Assembly: GCA_041664205.1 (NCBI GenBank)
Contig: JBAYLF010000001.1
Coordinates: 3,380-67,379 of the forward strand
Reading direction: 5' to 3'
Source: Minisyncoccota bacterium
GTDB taxonomy: Bacteria > Patescibacteriota > Minisyncoccia > Phycocordibacterales > JBAYLF01
Length of the DNA: 64,000 nucleotides
A program made the translations under genes and the position numbers. Below are positions 9,946 to 19,884 of this stretch, piece by piece. The notes under the pieces are model-generated. The model saw only the letters and a list, made by a program, of their open reading frames with translations. It was not told the DNA's origin and did not search any database. Every line of letters begins with the position of its first letter. Positions within the stretch are counted from its first letter, which is position 1.

Positions 9946-10605
9946 ATGGAAAAAACACTAAAAAAATTATTATGCTCACTTCTTGATTTTATTTTGCCTA
10001 AAAAAGAGCAAATAAAATATTTAGAGCTTTTAACACAGGATGAATTTTATGAAAAGACGGCAAAAGCCGATAGATTAGGCCTTGGACGACAAACCTTCCC
10101 TATTTTTGACTACAGAGACTCGTTGGTTAAAAATGCTATTTGGGAAATAAAATATAGAAAAAATGAAAAAATTATAAAACTTATAGGGAAAATTCTCTCT
10201 GATGAATTAACAGCAATACTTGGCGACTTGAGTTTATTTTCAAATTTCAATTATCCAATTTTGATACCTATCCCCCTTTCAAAAAATCGTGAAAGACAAA
10301 GAGGCTTCAACCAATGCGAACTTATAGCAAAAGTTATATGCAAAAATTCAGTTGGTATATTTTTTGAAAAAGATATTTTAATAAAAATTAAAGACACCAA
10401 ACCTCAAACTTCTTTCAGTGATAGAAAAAGTCGTTTAGAAAATTTAAAAGATTGTTTTGAAATTATTGATGTGCAAAAAATTAAAAATCAAAACATCATT
10501 CTTTTAGATGATGTTACTACGACCGGCGCAACTTTAAACGAAGCAAAAAAGTGTCTTCTAAATTCGGGTGCTAAAAAAGTTATAGCGATAACAATTGCAC
10601 ACTAG
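9946..10605 (+). CDS. comF: ComF family phosphoribosyltransferase-like competence protein
   Basis: IPIPL..R.RQRGFNQ, ILLDDVTTTGATL. Confidence 0.9.
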   Translation: MEKTLKKLLCSLLDFILPKKEQIKYLELLTQDEFYEKTAKADRLGLGRQTFPIFDYRDSLVKNAIWEIKYRKNEKIIKLIGKILSDELTAILGDLSLFSNFNYPILIPIPLSKNRERQRGFNQCELIAKVICKNSVGIFFEKDILIKIKDTKPQTSFSDRKSRLENLKDCFEIIDVQKIKNQNIILLDDVTTTGATLNEAKKCLLNSGAKKVIAITIAH

Positions 10606-10607
10606 AA

Positions 10608-11741
10608 TTACTTGGTTTCACTTTTCAAAGTTGGATCTGTATCAACTTCAAAAACTTTAAATTTAATTCGCCCAATATATTGACCATTCGGAGTTAAAAC
10701 ATTTACTCTCCAAAGTCCTGGCGTAACATTCGCTTTTATTGAATAAGTTCTATAACCACCATCTCGTCCTCCAACTATAGGAAGCGCTATCTCCGCAACG
10801 TGAACCCACGTCTTTTTTATTTCATCATACTTCTGCCACTCATGAGTAATATCTATATTAATAAGAGTCGGAGAAAAAACAGCTGTGTAAACATAAATAG
10901 GATCACCAGAAATTATGTGAACATCTTCATATGAACGTAAAAAATTTATCGTATTTGTATAAAAACTTTTATTCTCTTTTTCAATTAAATAATTACCTGA
11001 ATTATTTTCATCACTTATAGAGTGATAAATTCCATAGTCTTTGAGAGATAGAGGTAATGGCGGAATAGTATTTGTAAAATATAAAACATTCATTGTTAGA
11101 TAAATTCCAAAGATGCTCAGAAAAATTATTTTTTTATTGCGAATAAATCTTTCACGTGTAATGAAATAAAGTAATGCTAAAAATATGCCGATAACGACAA
11201 GACTTACTACTCCACTCAAAAGAAAAATATCACTACCGATACGGCGTATCAATACCGGCACAGAAAAAATTGCAAATGAAAAAATCGAAAGAAAAAGAAC
11301 ACTTATCTGAAAGCTCAAACGAATATATTTTTCCTTATAAGCTTCATTGAACATAAAAACAATAAAGAGCAGAAGGAGGAAAGGCCAGCTAGCAGTAAGG
11401 GTTGCGCCTCTAAAATAAAATACGAGGAAGGTGCTAAAAAGGCCTCCAAAAGCGAACTGTATCGTAATTATCAGCCAAAAGTGAACGAAGTCTCTGGTCT
11501 CTTGTTTAAGTTTTGATTTTATTTTTTCGTTTTCAACATGATTTAAAATAATTATTCCAGCACCAGCAAACAGTAAATGAAGAATTATCCAAAAATTTTC
11601 AATAAATAAATCTACTCTCGTCAGAAAAAAAATGTTAAATATAAATCCTGAAATAAGCGAAAAGGAAGATATCGGCCTTTCATATTTGAAATACCAATGT
11701 TTTATCCAATGTATTGATTTTCTAATTTTTTCTCTAGGCAT
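10608..11741 (-). CDS. DUF2914-domain membrane protein
   Basis: Multiple TM helices; C-terminal GGRDGGYRTYSIK..PGLWRVNV. Confidence 0.8.
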   Translation of the reverse strand: MPREKIRKSIHWIKHWYFKYERPISSFSLISGFIFNIFFLTRVDLFIENFWIILHLLFAGAGIIILNHVENEKIKSKLKQETRDFVHFWLIITIQFAFGGLFSTFLVFYFRGATLTASWPFLLLLFIVFMFNEAYKEKYIRLSFQISVLFLSIFSFAIFSVPVLIRRIGSDIFLLSGVVSLVVIGIFLALLYFITRERFIRNKKIIFLSIFGIYLTMNVLYFTNTIPPLPLSLKDYGIYHSISDENNSGNYLIEKENKSFYTNTINFLRSYEDVHIISGDPIYVYTAVFSPTLINIDITHEWQKYDEIKKTWVHVAEIALPIVGGRDGGYRTYSIKANVTPGLWRVNVLTPNGQYIGRIKFKVFEVDTDPTLKSETK

Positions 11742-11750
11742 TTTATTTTT

Positions 11751-12143
11751 TTATTTACAAGTCTTTGGAGAAAAATCCTCTTTGCTAATTGTAGAATTAT
11801 CTGGAGTAAATTTTCCATTTTCTACAATAGAACTGTCTCCTTTAACTAAAAAGCAATTAGCACCTACCACAGGAAAAACTAAACCCTTTTTGATAAACGC
11901 TACATACCAACCATTGACATCAAAAGTAGTCATTACAGTTTTTGGAGGTAGATCGTTTGATGGATAATCAGCAAATTCTGGATATCTTGCCTTAACCATA
12001 GCGATAGCTTGATCTTCTGAAAAATTGACCGGCATGATTTTTTCATTTAAAGAAATATCTTTGTGATTAAAAACTAAAGATAAAGCAACAAATAAGAGCG
12101 TGGAAAATATGGCTACAATACTTAAATAAAATTTAATGTTCAT
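11751..12143 (-). CDS. Hypothetical membrane-anchored protein
   Basis: ATG ORF with N-terminal TM; TAGAAT -10 box 6 nt upstream. Confidence 0.7.
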   Translation of the reverse strand: MNIKFYLSIVAIFSTLLFVALSLVFNHKDISLNEKIMPVNFSEDQAIAMVKARYPEFADYPSNDLPPKTVMTTFDVNGWYVAFIKKGLVFPVVGANCFLVKGDSSIVENGKFTPDNSTISKEDFSPKTCK

Positions 12144-12228
12144 ATTATTATTCTATCTTTTTGATAAAATTTTTACAATAAAATACCGCGCGAACAAATC
12201 GTTCACGCGGTATTTAAATTTCCATCTG

Positions 12229-13278
12229 CTATTTAATTTTTACAACTTTCTCCCAAGGTAAGCCTGATTTTCCAAAATGACCGTAAGCTGCGGTTTTTTG
12301 AAATATTGGCTTGCGCAAGCCTAAACGTTTAATAATACTTTGTGGACGAAAATCAAAATTTCTATCAACGATATCTTTCAAGCTCTTGCCATTTTCATCA
12401 ACTGCTTCAACCATAACTGGTTCTGCTTTTCCAATTGCATAAGCAACTGAAACTAAAGCATTCTTCGCAAATCCATTCATTACTAAATTTTTAGCAACGA
12501 AGCGAGCCATATATGCACCTGAACGATCAACTTTTGTTGAATCTTTTCCAGAAAACGCACCTCCACCATGAGGCATAACTCCGCCATAAGTATCAACCAT
12601 TAACTTTCTTCCCGTAAGTCCTGTGTCGGCATAAAATCCTCCTAATTCAAATTTACCTGAAGGATTTATTAAAACCTCTATACCAGAAAGATCTTTTCCT
12701 ATAATTGGCTTAATGATCTTTTTTGTTATTTCATCTTCCATTTCTTTTCTGCTTACATTTGGCTTATGCTGTGTACTTACTAAAACTGAAACAACTTTTC
12801 CATTGTTAATTGTAACTTGCGATTTGCCATCCGGTAACAGCCATTTTATACCTCCTTTTCTTCTGACCTCTTCAAGTTTTTTTACAAGCGCGTGTGCTAA
12901 TACAACACCTTTAGGTAATGCTTCTTTAGTTTCGTTTGTGGCAAATCCATACATAATTCCCTGATCGCCTGCTCCTCCAGTATCCACACCCTGAGAAATA
13001 TCTGGCGATTGTTCTTCTACATAAACTTCAACATCAAGATGATCATTGTGGCCAATATCCTTATAAACTTTCTTGCCGATTTTGGCATAATCAACTTTTG
13101 CTTTAGTTGTAACTTCCCCACCTATAATAAGATGTCCATGACCTCCAAAAGTCTCCACAGCGACACGACTTAAAGGATCTTGCCTCAAGCATTCATCAAG
13201 AATTGCATCTGATATTTGATCACAAATTTTATCAGGATGACCTGAAGTAACGCTTTCTGCTGTATATATAGAATTCAT
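12229..13278 (-). CDS. metK: S-adenosylmethionine synthetase
   Basis: ESVTSGHPDKICDQISD, GAGDQG, GGGAFSGKD, TAAYGHFG. Confidence 0.98.
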   Translation of the reverse strand: MNSIYTAESVTSGHPDKICDQISDAILDECLRQDPLSRVAVETFGGHGHLIIGGEVTTKAKVDYAKIGKKVYKDIGHNDHLDVEVYVEEQSPDISQGVDTGGAGDQGIMYGFATNETKEALPKGVVLAHALVKKLEEVRRKGGIKWLLPDGKSQVTINNGKVVSVLVSTQHKPNVSRKEMEDEITKKIIKPIIGKDLSGIEVLINPSGKFELGGFYADTGLTGRKLMVDTYGGVMPHGGGAFSGKDSTKVDRSGAYMARFVAKNLVMNGFAKNALVSVAYAIGKAEPVMVEAVDENGKSLKDIVDRNFDFRPQSIIKRLGLRKPIFQKTAAYGHFGKSGLPWEKVVKIK

Positions 13279-13296
13279 ATTTTTTTAATTACTAAT

Positions 13297-13318
13297 AAAA
13301 AATCCCTATTAAAAGGGA
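13297..13318 (-). terminator. Riboswitch-controlled intrinsic terminator upstream of metK
   Basis: Minus strand TCCCT-TTTAAT-AGGGA followed by TTTTTT, between the aptamer and the ATG. Confidence 0.6.
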
Positions 13319-13348
13319 AGGATTAAAATTTAGATGTCTCGACAGACA

Positions 13349-13444
13349 ATATCTTCCCCACTTTGGGCTAGACTTAGCACCTTACACTTAACTTAAGGTT
13401 GCTGGCGAATCAACGGGCTAGTTCCCTCATCGCACTCTTGATAT
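13349..13444 (-). promoter_or_regulatory. SAM-I (S-box) riboswitch
   Basis: Minus strand ATATCAAGAG..GAGGGAACTAGCCC..TGA..CCAGCAACC..GGTGCTAAGTCT..GGAAGATAT matches the SAM-I consensus; lies upstream of metK. Confidence 0.9.
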
Positions 13445-13448
13445 ATAT

Positions 13449-13521
13449 TAGATCTTTTGCAAATAACCTTTCTTTCAAAATACATGAATTTTTCTAAGAA
13501 ATCCTATCTGCAAAAGATCTA
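13449..13521. repeat. Short MITE-like palindrome related to 668-830
   Basis: TIR TAGATCTTTTGCA...TGCAAAAGATCTA. Confidence 0.6.
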
Positions 13522-13570
13522 TTGTAAATTGATTATAACAAAAACATTTTACAGCACAACTGGACTTGAA

Positions 13571-14641
13571 CTAAGAACGTTTTTTAAATATTTCTGAGAC
13601 TTGTTTCTTTATATCCTTACTCATATAAAGCAGATAATTAAAATCCGAAGGATAGCCAACAAGCTCCATAAAACCGACTCCGGGAACTTCTTTACCATCA
13701 ACTATTGCGACAACTTCGATCGGACTCTCCCAATAATTTATAGCATTAGATATAAATTCCTGATCAGACATCAACGAGCGAACTTTTAGCACAATATTTT
13801 TGTCTGGAATTTCTATTGTCCAAGAAAGCGGATACTCTGCTTTTGTTTGAGAACTTTTCCAAATTTCATTGCCGGGCTTTAGTATTAAATTTTTGTAATG
13901 TTCCGACTTACCTTCGTGGTCTATCATATCAACCAAAAAATCTTTTTTCTTTTTATCATCATATTCAACACACATAATATCTAAACCATTTTCAAGCTGA
14001 ATAGAAAACCAACTCCACTTATCTTCTTGATAAGAAACATCCGCCCATTGATGATCCATCCAGCTCTTTCCGGTAACCTCTATAGTTTTGCCATCTATAT
14101 TTATAGTGCCTTTAGTTTTTAAATCAGTAAGTGAATAATAATAACTTTCTCTATCACAAACAGAAATATGTCCTTCACCCCCTTCCAAGAGTGGCTGCTT
14201 TTTTGATTTCAAATCAAGATTCATAAATTCAGTCTTCATATTAAAATTAAATAGTTCAGTTTCAACAATTTCATTATTAACATAACCTGAAGTTAAAATT
14301 GGACTTATATAATTTGCAAATAAAAGAGGTTTGTTAAAACTATCCCGAGAAACGAGAGAAATATTTTGAGTCTCTTTATAATTTTTCTGGGCAGAAATAT
14401 CAGAAACAAAAGAGTGCGCAAAGTAAAAATTTTTTAAAGGATTAAGACTGTCTATGAAAGGAATATTTTTTATATATGGAATTTTTACTTTCTTTGTATC
14501 AGCCTTAAAAAGACAATTCATAAAACTGTAATGATTGTCATCTTTGTCTTTCAAGTGACCGTTAAAATACCACCACTCAATAATAGCGTCATGCGCCTGA
14601 TTATCATCAGGGAAATAAATTGGTTTAATTTCTTTATACAT
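13571..14641 (-). CDS. CrtC/AttH-like lipocalin-fold secreted-hydrolase family protein
   Basis: H...IEWWYFNGHL, SYYYS, GKSWMDHQW, YWES, GFMELVGY. Confidence 0.85.
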   Translation of the reverse strand: MYKEIKPIYFPDDNQAHDAIIEWWYFNGHLKDKDDNHYSFMNCLFKADTKKVKIPYIKNIPFIDSLNPLKNFYFAHSFVSDISAQKNYKETQNISLVSRDSFNKPLLFANYISPILTSGYVNNEIVETELFNFNMKTEFMNLDLKSKKQPLLEGGEGHISVCDRESYYYSLTDLKTKGTINIDGKTIEVTGKSWMDHQWADVSYQEDKWSWFSIQLENGLDIMCVEYDDKKKKDFLVDMIDHEGKSEHYKNLILKPGNEIWKSSQTKAEYPLSWTIEIPDKNIVLKVRSLMSDQEFISNAINYWESPIEVVAIVDGKEVPGVGFMELVGYPSDFNYLLYMSKDIKKQVSEIFKKRS

Positions 14642-14741
14642 ATTTTATATAATATCAAGCATCAAACAAAGATCAAAATTAAAAAAACAAAAAGCGCGAC
14701 GAAATTTATATTCTTGTCGCGCTTATTTTTTACTTGAGATT

Positions 14742-15392
14742 CTATTCTAAACTTAAGTGTTTTAAAATTTTCTCAAGAGTTTTTTTATTTTCTATTACAC
14801 CTTGGTGACCAAAAAAACGAATCATATAGTTCTTACCATATTCGAGCTCGGAACTTGTCGCGGGTATTATCCTAGTATCAAGTGATGCTCTTAAGCTAAG
14901 TGTGTTAACCTCATTAAGTAAATGATCTTTCGTTTTTAAATTCTCAAGAAAATCGCTTCCTGGCCTAATTTGTCTTATTCCTATTTTTTTAGAAAAATAC
15001 GCCCAGATAGTGCCATCATTTGGAGAAGATACTGAAACGAAATTAATAACCCTCTCATCGCCTCCTAAAAAATACATATAGTATCGAGCAATAAGACCGC
15101 CCATGCTAAAAGCTACAATATCGATTTTCTCACCTGGATTAAATTTTTTTTCAATATATTCCTTAACTTGTTCAGCAGAAAATTCTAACCCTACAGAACC
15201 ATCATTTGGAAAATAATCTAATCCATAAACTTCAAATCCACGATCCTTTAAAAAGGATGTTAATTTTTGAAGTGTTTTCATAGATCCTCTTATTCCGTGA
15301 ATTATAATTACAGGATTTTTTTTAGATGTTTTCACTATTTCGCCTTCCATTCTTTTCTGTGTGAATTTTATAACTTTTTTCTGTTTTGGCAA
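14742..15392 (-). CDS. Alpha/beta hydrolase (triacylglycerol lipase-like); start uncertain
   Basis: IIIHG, nucleophile elbow AFSMGG, SSPNDGT, C-terminal His. Confidence 0.85.
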   Translation of the reverse strand: MPKQKKVIKFTQKRMEGEIVKTSKKNPVIIIHGIRGSMKTLQKLTSFLKDRGFEVYGLDYFPNDGSVGLEFSAEQVKEYIEKKFNPGEKIDIVAFSMGGLIARYYMYFLGGDERVINFVSVSSPNDGTIWAYFSKKIGIRQIRPGSDFLENLKTKDHLLNEVNTLSLRASLDTRIIPATSSELEYGKNYMIRFFGHQGVIENKKTLEKILKHLSLE

Positions 15393-15409
15393 ATTTAATT
15401 TATAAAAAA

Positions 15410-16564
15410 TTAAGCAGCTTTTTTAACTGCGCTAGCTACCGCTTTTGCAACACGCTTATCAAAAGGATTAGGAATAATATAGTTAGCTGATAATTCTTTT
15501 TTAGACACAAGCCCAGCTATAGCTAGAGCTGCAGCTAATTTCATTTTTTCCGTAATCGCTTTTGCTCGCACATCGAGTGCTCCGCGAAAAATTCCTGGAA
15601 AAGCCAAAACATTATTGATTTGATTTGGATAATCAGATCTTCCTGTGCCAAATATTTTTATTTTTGTCTTCTTCGCATCTTCAAAACTTATTTCTGAATT
15701 TGGATTTGCCATAGCAAAAACTATCGGATCATCTGCCATATCTTCCACCCATTCTTTTTTTAAACTATTTGCGACTGAAACACCAATAAAAACATCGGAG
15801 CCTAGAAGTGCCTCTTTTAAACCACCTTGTTTTTTTTCTTTATTAGTAAGCTCTGCAATTCTTTTCTTATACTCGTTCATTTCACTTCTACCTTCATAAA
15901 TACTTCCTTTGCTATCAACCATAATTATATTTTTACCAGAAACTCCGTAATGAATTAAAATATTAACAACAGCCATAGCTGCGGCACCTGCGCCATTAAC
16001 AACAAGTTTTATTTTTCTTGCATCTTTTTTTACAACGCGCAAAGCATTTACCAAAGCAGCCAGAACAACGATCGCTGTGCCATGCTGGTCATCGTGCATC
16101 ACAGGAATATCTAATTCATTTTTCAATCTTTCTTCAATTTCAAAACATCGAGGCGCAGAAATATCTTCCAAATTTATTCCGCCGAATCCTGGTGAAATTA
16201 ATTTAACCGTTTTGATTATTTCTTCAATATCCTGTGTAGCAAGACAGATTGGATAAGCATCAACTCCCGCAAACTCTTTAAACAAGATCGCCTTCCCTTC
16301 CATAACAGGCATCGCAGCTTCAGGACCTATGTTTCCCAGACCTAGCACAGCAGAACCGTCTGTAATAACTGCAACAGCATTAGATTTTAATGTGTAATCA
16401 AAAACCGCCGATTTATTTTTAGCAATATGTTTGCACACTTCAGCAACCCCAGGAGTATACGCAAGCGACAGATCTTTTTTATTTTTTATAGAAACTTTAG
16501 ATCGAACTTCCAATTTGCCTTTTAGTTTCTTATGTAATATCAGCGATTGTTTAAAATAATCCAT
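15410..16564 (-). CDS. NAD(P)-dependent malic enzyme (start reassigned to MDYFKQ at 16564)
   Basis: [50 protein letters not shown]; the longer ORF only reads through a repeat. Confidence 0.93.
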   Translation of the reverse strand: MDYFKQSLILHKKLKGKLEVRSKVSIKNKKDLSLAYTPGVAEVCKHIAKNKSAVFDYTLKSNAVAVITDGSAVLGLGNIGPEAAMPVMEGKAILFKEFAGVDAYPICLATQDIEEIIKTVKLISPGFGGINLEDISAPRCFEIEERLKNELDIPVMHDDQHGTAIVVLAALVNALRVVKKDARKIKLVVNGAGAAAMAVVNILIHYGVSGKNIIMVDSKGSIYEGRSEMNEYKKRIAELTNKEKKQGGLKEALLGSDVFIGVSVANSLKKEWVEDMADDPIVFAMANPNSEISFEDAKKTKIKIFGTGRSDYPNQINNVLAFPGIFRGALDVRAKAITEKMKLAAALAIAGLVSKKELSANYIIPNPFDKRVAKAVASAVKKAA

Positions 16565-16592
16565 ACACATTATATTAATTGATAAAACCCAA

Positions 16593-16666
16593 CTGTTATT
16601 CCCGCGAAGGCGGGAATCTAATTTCCATCTGCTTAATCTGGATTCCCGCTTTCGCGGGAATGACAG
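16593..16666. repeat. dRS3/CGTC-type REP-like dimer
   Basis: Inverted pair of ATTCCC-N8-GGGAAT units. Confidence 0.85.
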
Positions 16667-16738
16667 AGAATAGTTTATTATACAAGTAAAACAGCTCCTA
16701 TCAAAAGATGGGGGCTGTTTAGAAAATTTCACTTAAAT

Positions 16739-17500
16739 TTAAGCGCTGACAAATATAGATGTTACAAAACCATCTATTGCGACCTTGTCTCCAAATTCAT
16801 GTTTTAATTCAGATAATTCTGCCTTTAAATTATCGAGATCTTTTTCACTTTGACCAATTGCAATAATCAAAAATTTTTTTGAACTAGTTAGTAGATCTCC
16901 AAAACCATGATGACCGAAAGCAACGGACAAAGCTATACCACATTCTTCAAGAGAATGATCCTTACCTAAATATTTTCGGCTTACCACAAAACCTTCAGGC
17001 AAACCTTTAACACTTAAGTAATTAAATCTTCCTGTGCCATCATAATAACAAACACGCGCATCATGAAATTCTGCAGGACGAGCCATCTCTTCTGCTGAAA
17101 TATGAATATGTGAAATTCCTTTTTCTTTTGCTATTTTTTCATACCACAACTTTGCTTTTTCATCTGCATCTTCTGGTGGAATACCTTGTTGTGCCGCCCA
17201 AACTTTTAACGCAGCGCAACCATCGTGACTTGATATTGCATCCAATTTTGCATCTGCAAAATATTTTTCAAAAGTATCATCAGAAAGCAATATTCCACTT
17301 CCTGCGGAATGAACTCCCCACGGTGTGCCTTCATCCATACAACAAAGACAATTTATAAAATTTTCTCTGGGAAATTTATTTTTTCCCAAATTAAAAGAAT
17401 CCGTAAAATCAGATAAAGTTTTAATATACTCAGCAAAACCTATATTGTAGATTTGGCTCATAATACTTTCCTGCTCGTTAAATTTTTGATTCTTTTCCAT
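16739..17500 (-). CDS. Hypothetical protein with carbonic-anhydrase-like metal motifs
   Basis: CCMDEG...HSAGSG...SHDGCAA resembles CxD / HxxC zinc ligands. Confidence 0.55.
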   Translation of the reverse strand: MEKNQKFNEQESIMSQIYNIGFAEYIKTLSDFTDSFNLGKNKFPRENFINCLCCMDEGTPWGVHSAGSGILLSDDTFEKYFADAKLDAISSHDGCAALKVWAAQQGIPPEDADEKAKLWYEKIAKEKGISHIHISAEEMARPAEFHDARVCYYDGTGRFNYLSVKGLPEGFVVSRKYLGKDHSLEECGIALSVAFGHHGFGDLLTSSKKFLIIAIGQSEKDLDNLKAELSELKHEFGDKVAIDGFVTSIFVSA

Positions 17501-17656
17501 ATTTATTATTTGACACTAACCGATTGTAATAGACAAAGTAGCAAACAAACTAAACAGCCACTCTTTTTACTAGATTAATTGTATTTCTAAAATAGTCAAA
17601 TTAAAAACACAACAATTTGACAAGTTATAAATATTATCGTAATCTTCACTCAGATT

Positions 17657-18091
17657 ATGAAAAACGACACTATTGCTATTGAAGTTTTAAAACGAGCATT
17701 GGAAAAAAGTTGGACTCAAAAAACATCTGCTGATCCAAAAAACTGGAACAAGGAAAATCCTCAATGGGGACAATGCGCAGTAACCGCACTTGTCGTCCAA
17801 GATTTATTTGGCGGAAAAATTTACAGATTAGATCTGGCTTTTGCTGATGATCTTAAAGTAAGACTTATGCGATCGCATTATTTTAATTCAACAGAGAACC
17901 AGCTAATCGATCTTACTGCTGATCAATTTCAGAATAATAACGATGAATATTATATTCAATCAATTCAAATGCCGGAACGCATCTTACTTTCATCAAGAGA
18001 GCGCTTGCTTTCAAATAGTGAAACAAAATCAAGATATCTTCGATTAAAACTTGATGTTGATCGTTATCTTTCTCGTGTTCCAAAAAAATAG
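17657..18091 (+). CDS. YunG-like protein
   Basis: SW..TS...W...NPQWGQCAVTALVVQDLFGG, HYFN, DLTADQF. Confidence 0.75.
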   Translation: MKNDTIAIEVLKRALEKSWTQKTSADPKNWNKENPQWGQCAVTALVVQDLFGGKIYRLDLAFADDLKVRLMRSHYFNSTENQLIDLTADQFQNNNDEYYIQSIQMPERILLSSRERLLSNSETKSRYLRLKLDVDRYLSRVPKK

Positions 18092-18148
18092 AACAAAAAA
18101 CAAAAAGCCGTATCTTTCGATACGGCTTTTTTAAATTATATTAAGAAA

Positions 18149-18427
18149 TTATTTTGCTTCACAAACGCCATCTTTGCAACCTTCACAATTTCCACAACCC
18201 TTGCAACAACCTCTGCAAAGTCTTTTGTGGTTGATAATTTCGACAACTGCTGAAGCTCCAACTAAAACATATATCACTCGCGCTAACATAGAATCCATTC
18301 CTCCTAAAAAGATGCTTATATCATAACCCATCAAACCGACAAGAAGCCAATTTAAACCACCAATTATAAGAAGAATAAACGTAACCATGTGCAATTTTTT
18401 CATACTATTTGTATTGTGGGCTTTCAC
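18149..18427 (-). CDS. DUF378 membrane protein with a Cys-rich tail
   Basis: LLIIGGLNWLLVGL, RVIYVLVGASA. Confidence 0.85.
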   Translation of the reverse strand: MKAHNTNSMKKLHMVTFILLIIGGLNWLLVGLMGYDISIFLGGMDSMLARVIYVLVGASAVVEIINHKRLCRGCCKGCGNCEGCKDGVCEAK

Positions 18428-18518
18428 CCAACTTAAATTAATAAATACAATTACTATTATACCGTATTAAAACAACGTCGAAAATCAAACTGTGTAAAAC
18501 TTTTTAATTTTATCTTTT

Positions 18519-18863
18519 CTATATTTTTCTTTTTCTAAGCCGACTAAGCAAAAATAAAATTCCTGTAATTACTGCCGGTCCAGATATCGCAACATACCAA
18601 CTCCAGTGACGATCGAGCCCAACCATATAAACATAAAAAATAGCGAAAGCAAAAAAAGCGATCGCACCAACTAAGTCTCTCTTCCAAGATATTATAAGCA
18701 CCAACAACAAAACAATCGGTAATAAAAGATGCATAAAAAGCGCTGTGACCATCTCCCAACCTTGATATCCGCTATCAAACACATCTAAGGCAAACAATGA
18801 CAAAAACATTATAAATAAAATAGACAAAACTCTAGGACTCCAATATAAAAATTTATTTAACAT
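18519..18863 (-). CDS. Hypothetical four-TM membrane protein
   Basis: WSPRVLSILF..FLSLFALDVF; four hydrophobic segments. Confidence 0.75.
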   Translation of the reverse strand: MLNKFLYWSPRVLSILFIMFLSLFALDVFDSGYQGWEMVTALFMHLLLPIVLLLVLIISWKRDLVGAIAFFAFAIFYVYMVGLDRHWSWYVAISGPAVITGILFLLSRLRKRKI

Positions 18864-18957
18864 AATTTAGCATTATAACATTATTTTAAAATTTTTCTAT
18901 AGATTTATATGACCATTTTTTGTTGCAAAATTTTGTGATATAAATAAAGAATAAATA

Positions 18958-19815
18958 ATGACTTCAAAACCTCCAAAAAATAATCTGAAAATCGGACTCG
19001 CACTAAGTGGTGGAAGTGCTTTGGGACTTTTTCATATTGGTGTTTTACAATCTCTTGAAGATCATGATATTTCCATAGATTGCATTAGTGGCACTAGCGC
19101 TGGAGCAATCGTAGCAGCTTGTTATGCTTTTGGTATTTCAACAACAGAAATAGCTGCACGAGCAAAAAAAATAAGCTGGTGGAATTTGTCTAGTTTTTCT
19201 TATTCCAAAATGGGTCTGGCAAATACCGACGCTATTGGCAAACTAATGGAAGAAATTTTAGGTCCAGTAAATATTGAGGACGCCAAAATTCCTCTAACGA
19301 TTGTAGCAACTGACATTAAAAGTGGCGAAAGAATAGTATTTAAAAAAGGTAATGTATCACAAGCTGTTATGGCTAGTGTTTGCATACCTGGATTATTTGC
19401 GCCTGTGCATGTCGGTGACTTATTGTTAGTAGATGGCGGACTAGTAGAAAATCTGCCTTTATTAGCTTTAAACGACTTAGAGCCTAATTTAAAAATTGGA
19501 GTAAATTTAACTCGCTGGCGAACCTGTAAAGAACCAACGAGTGTTATTGATGTAATGCTTAACACTTTATATATCATAAGCCAAAAACAAATCATCTCTC
19601 ATTCTCAAGATACAGAAATTTTAATCGAACCTCATTTAGAAAAATACAGTGCTTCTGATTTCAAAAAAGTTGATGAATTAATGGCAGAAGGCTATCGTGC
19701 CATCACTCTAGCTATGCCAGAAATTAAACAAAAAATAAAAGAAGAAACTGTTCGAATTCTAGAACACCAGCCAAATTTGCTAGTAAAATTCTTCAAGTGG
19801 TTGAAAGGAGAATAA
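18958..19815 (+). CDS. Patatin-like phospholipase (RssA/NTE family)
   Basis: LALSGG, GTSAG, DGG. Confidence 0.92.
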   Translation: MTSKPPKNNLKIGLALSGGSALGLFHIGVLQSLEDHDISIDCISGTSAGAIVAACYAFGISTTEIAARAKKISWWNLSSFSYSKMGLANTDAIGKLMEEILGPVNIEDAKIPLTIVATDIKSGERIVFKKGNVSQAVMASVCIPGLFAPVHVGDLLLVDGGLVENLPLLALNDLEPNLKIGVNLTRWRTCKEPTSVIDVMLNTLYIISQKQIISHSQDTEILIEPHLEKYSASDFKKVDELMAEGYRAITLAMPEIKQKIKEETVRILEHQPNLLVKFFKWLKGE

Positions 19816-19884
19816 TAAACTTAATTTTTAAAATAGGAATTCATTTTAAAAAAGGCAACTACTTATTAGTTGCCCTTTACCGTC

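Noticed and set aside
16565-16732. N-terminal extension of malic enzyme (SFPRKRESR...LDSRLRGN)
   Set aside because: It is a translation of the dRS3-like repeat; the family-like sequence begins at MDYFKQ.
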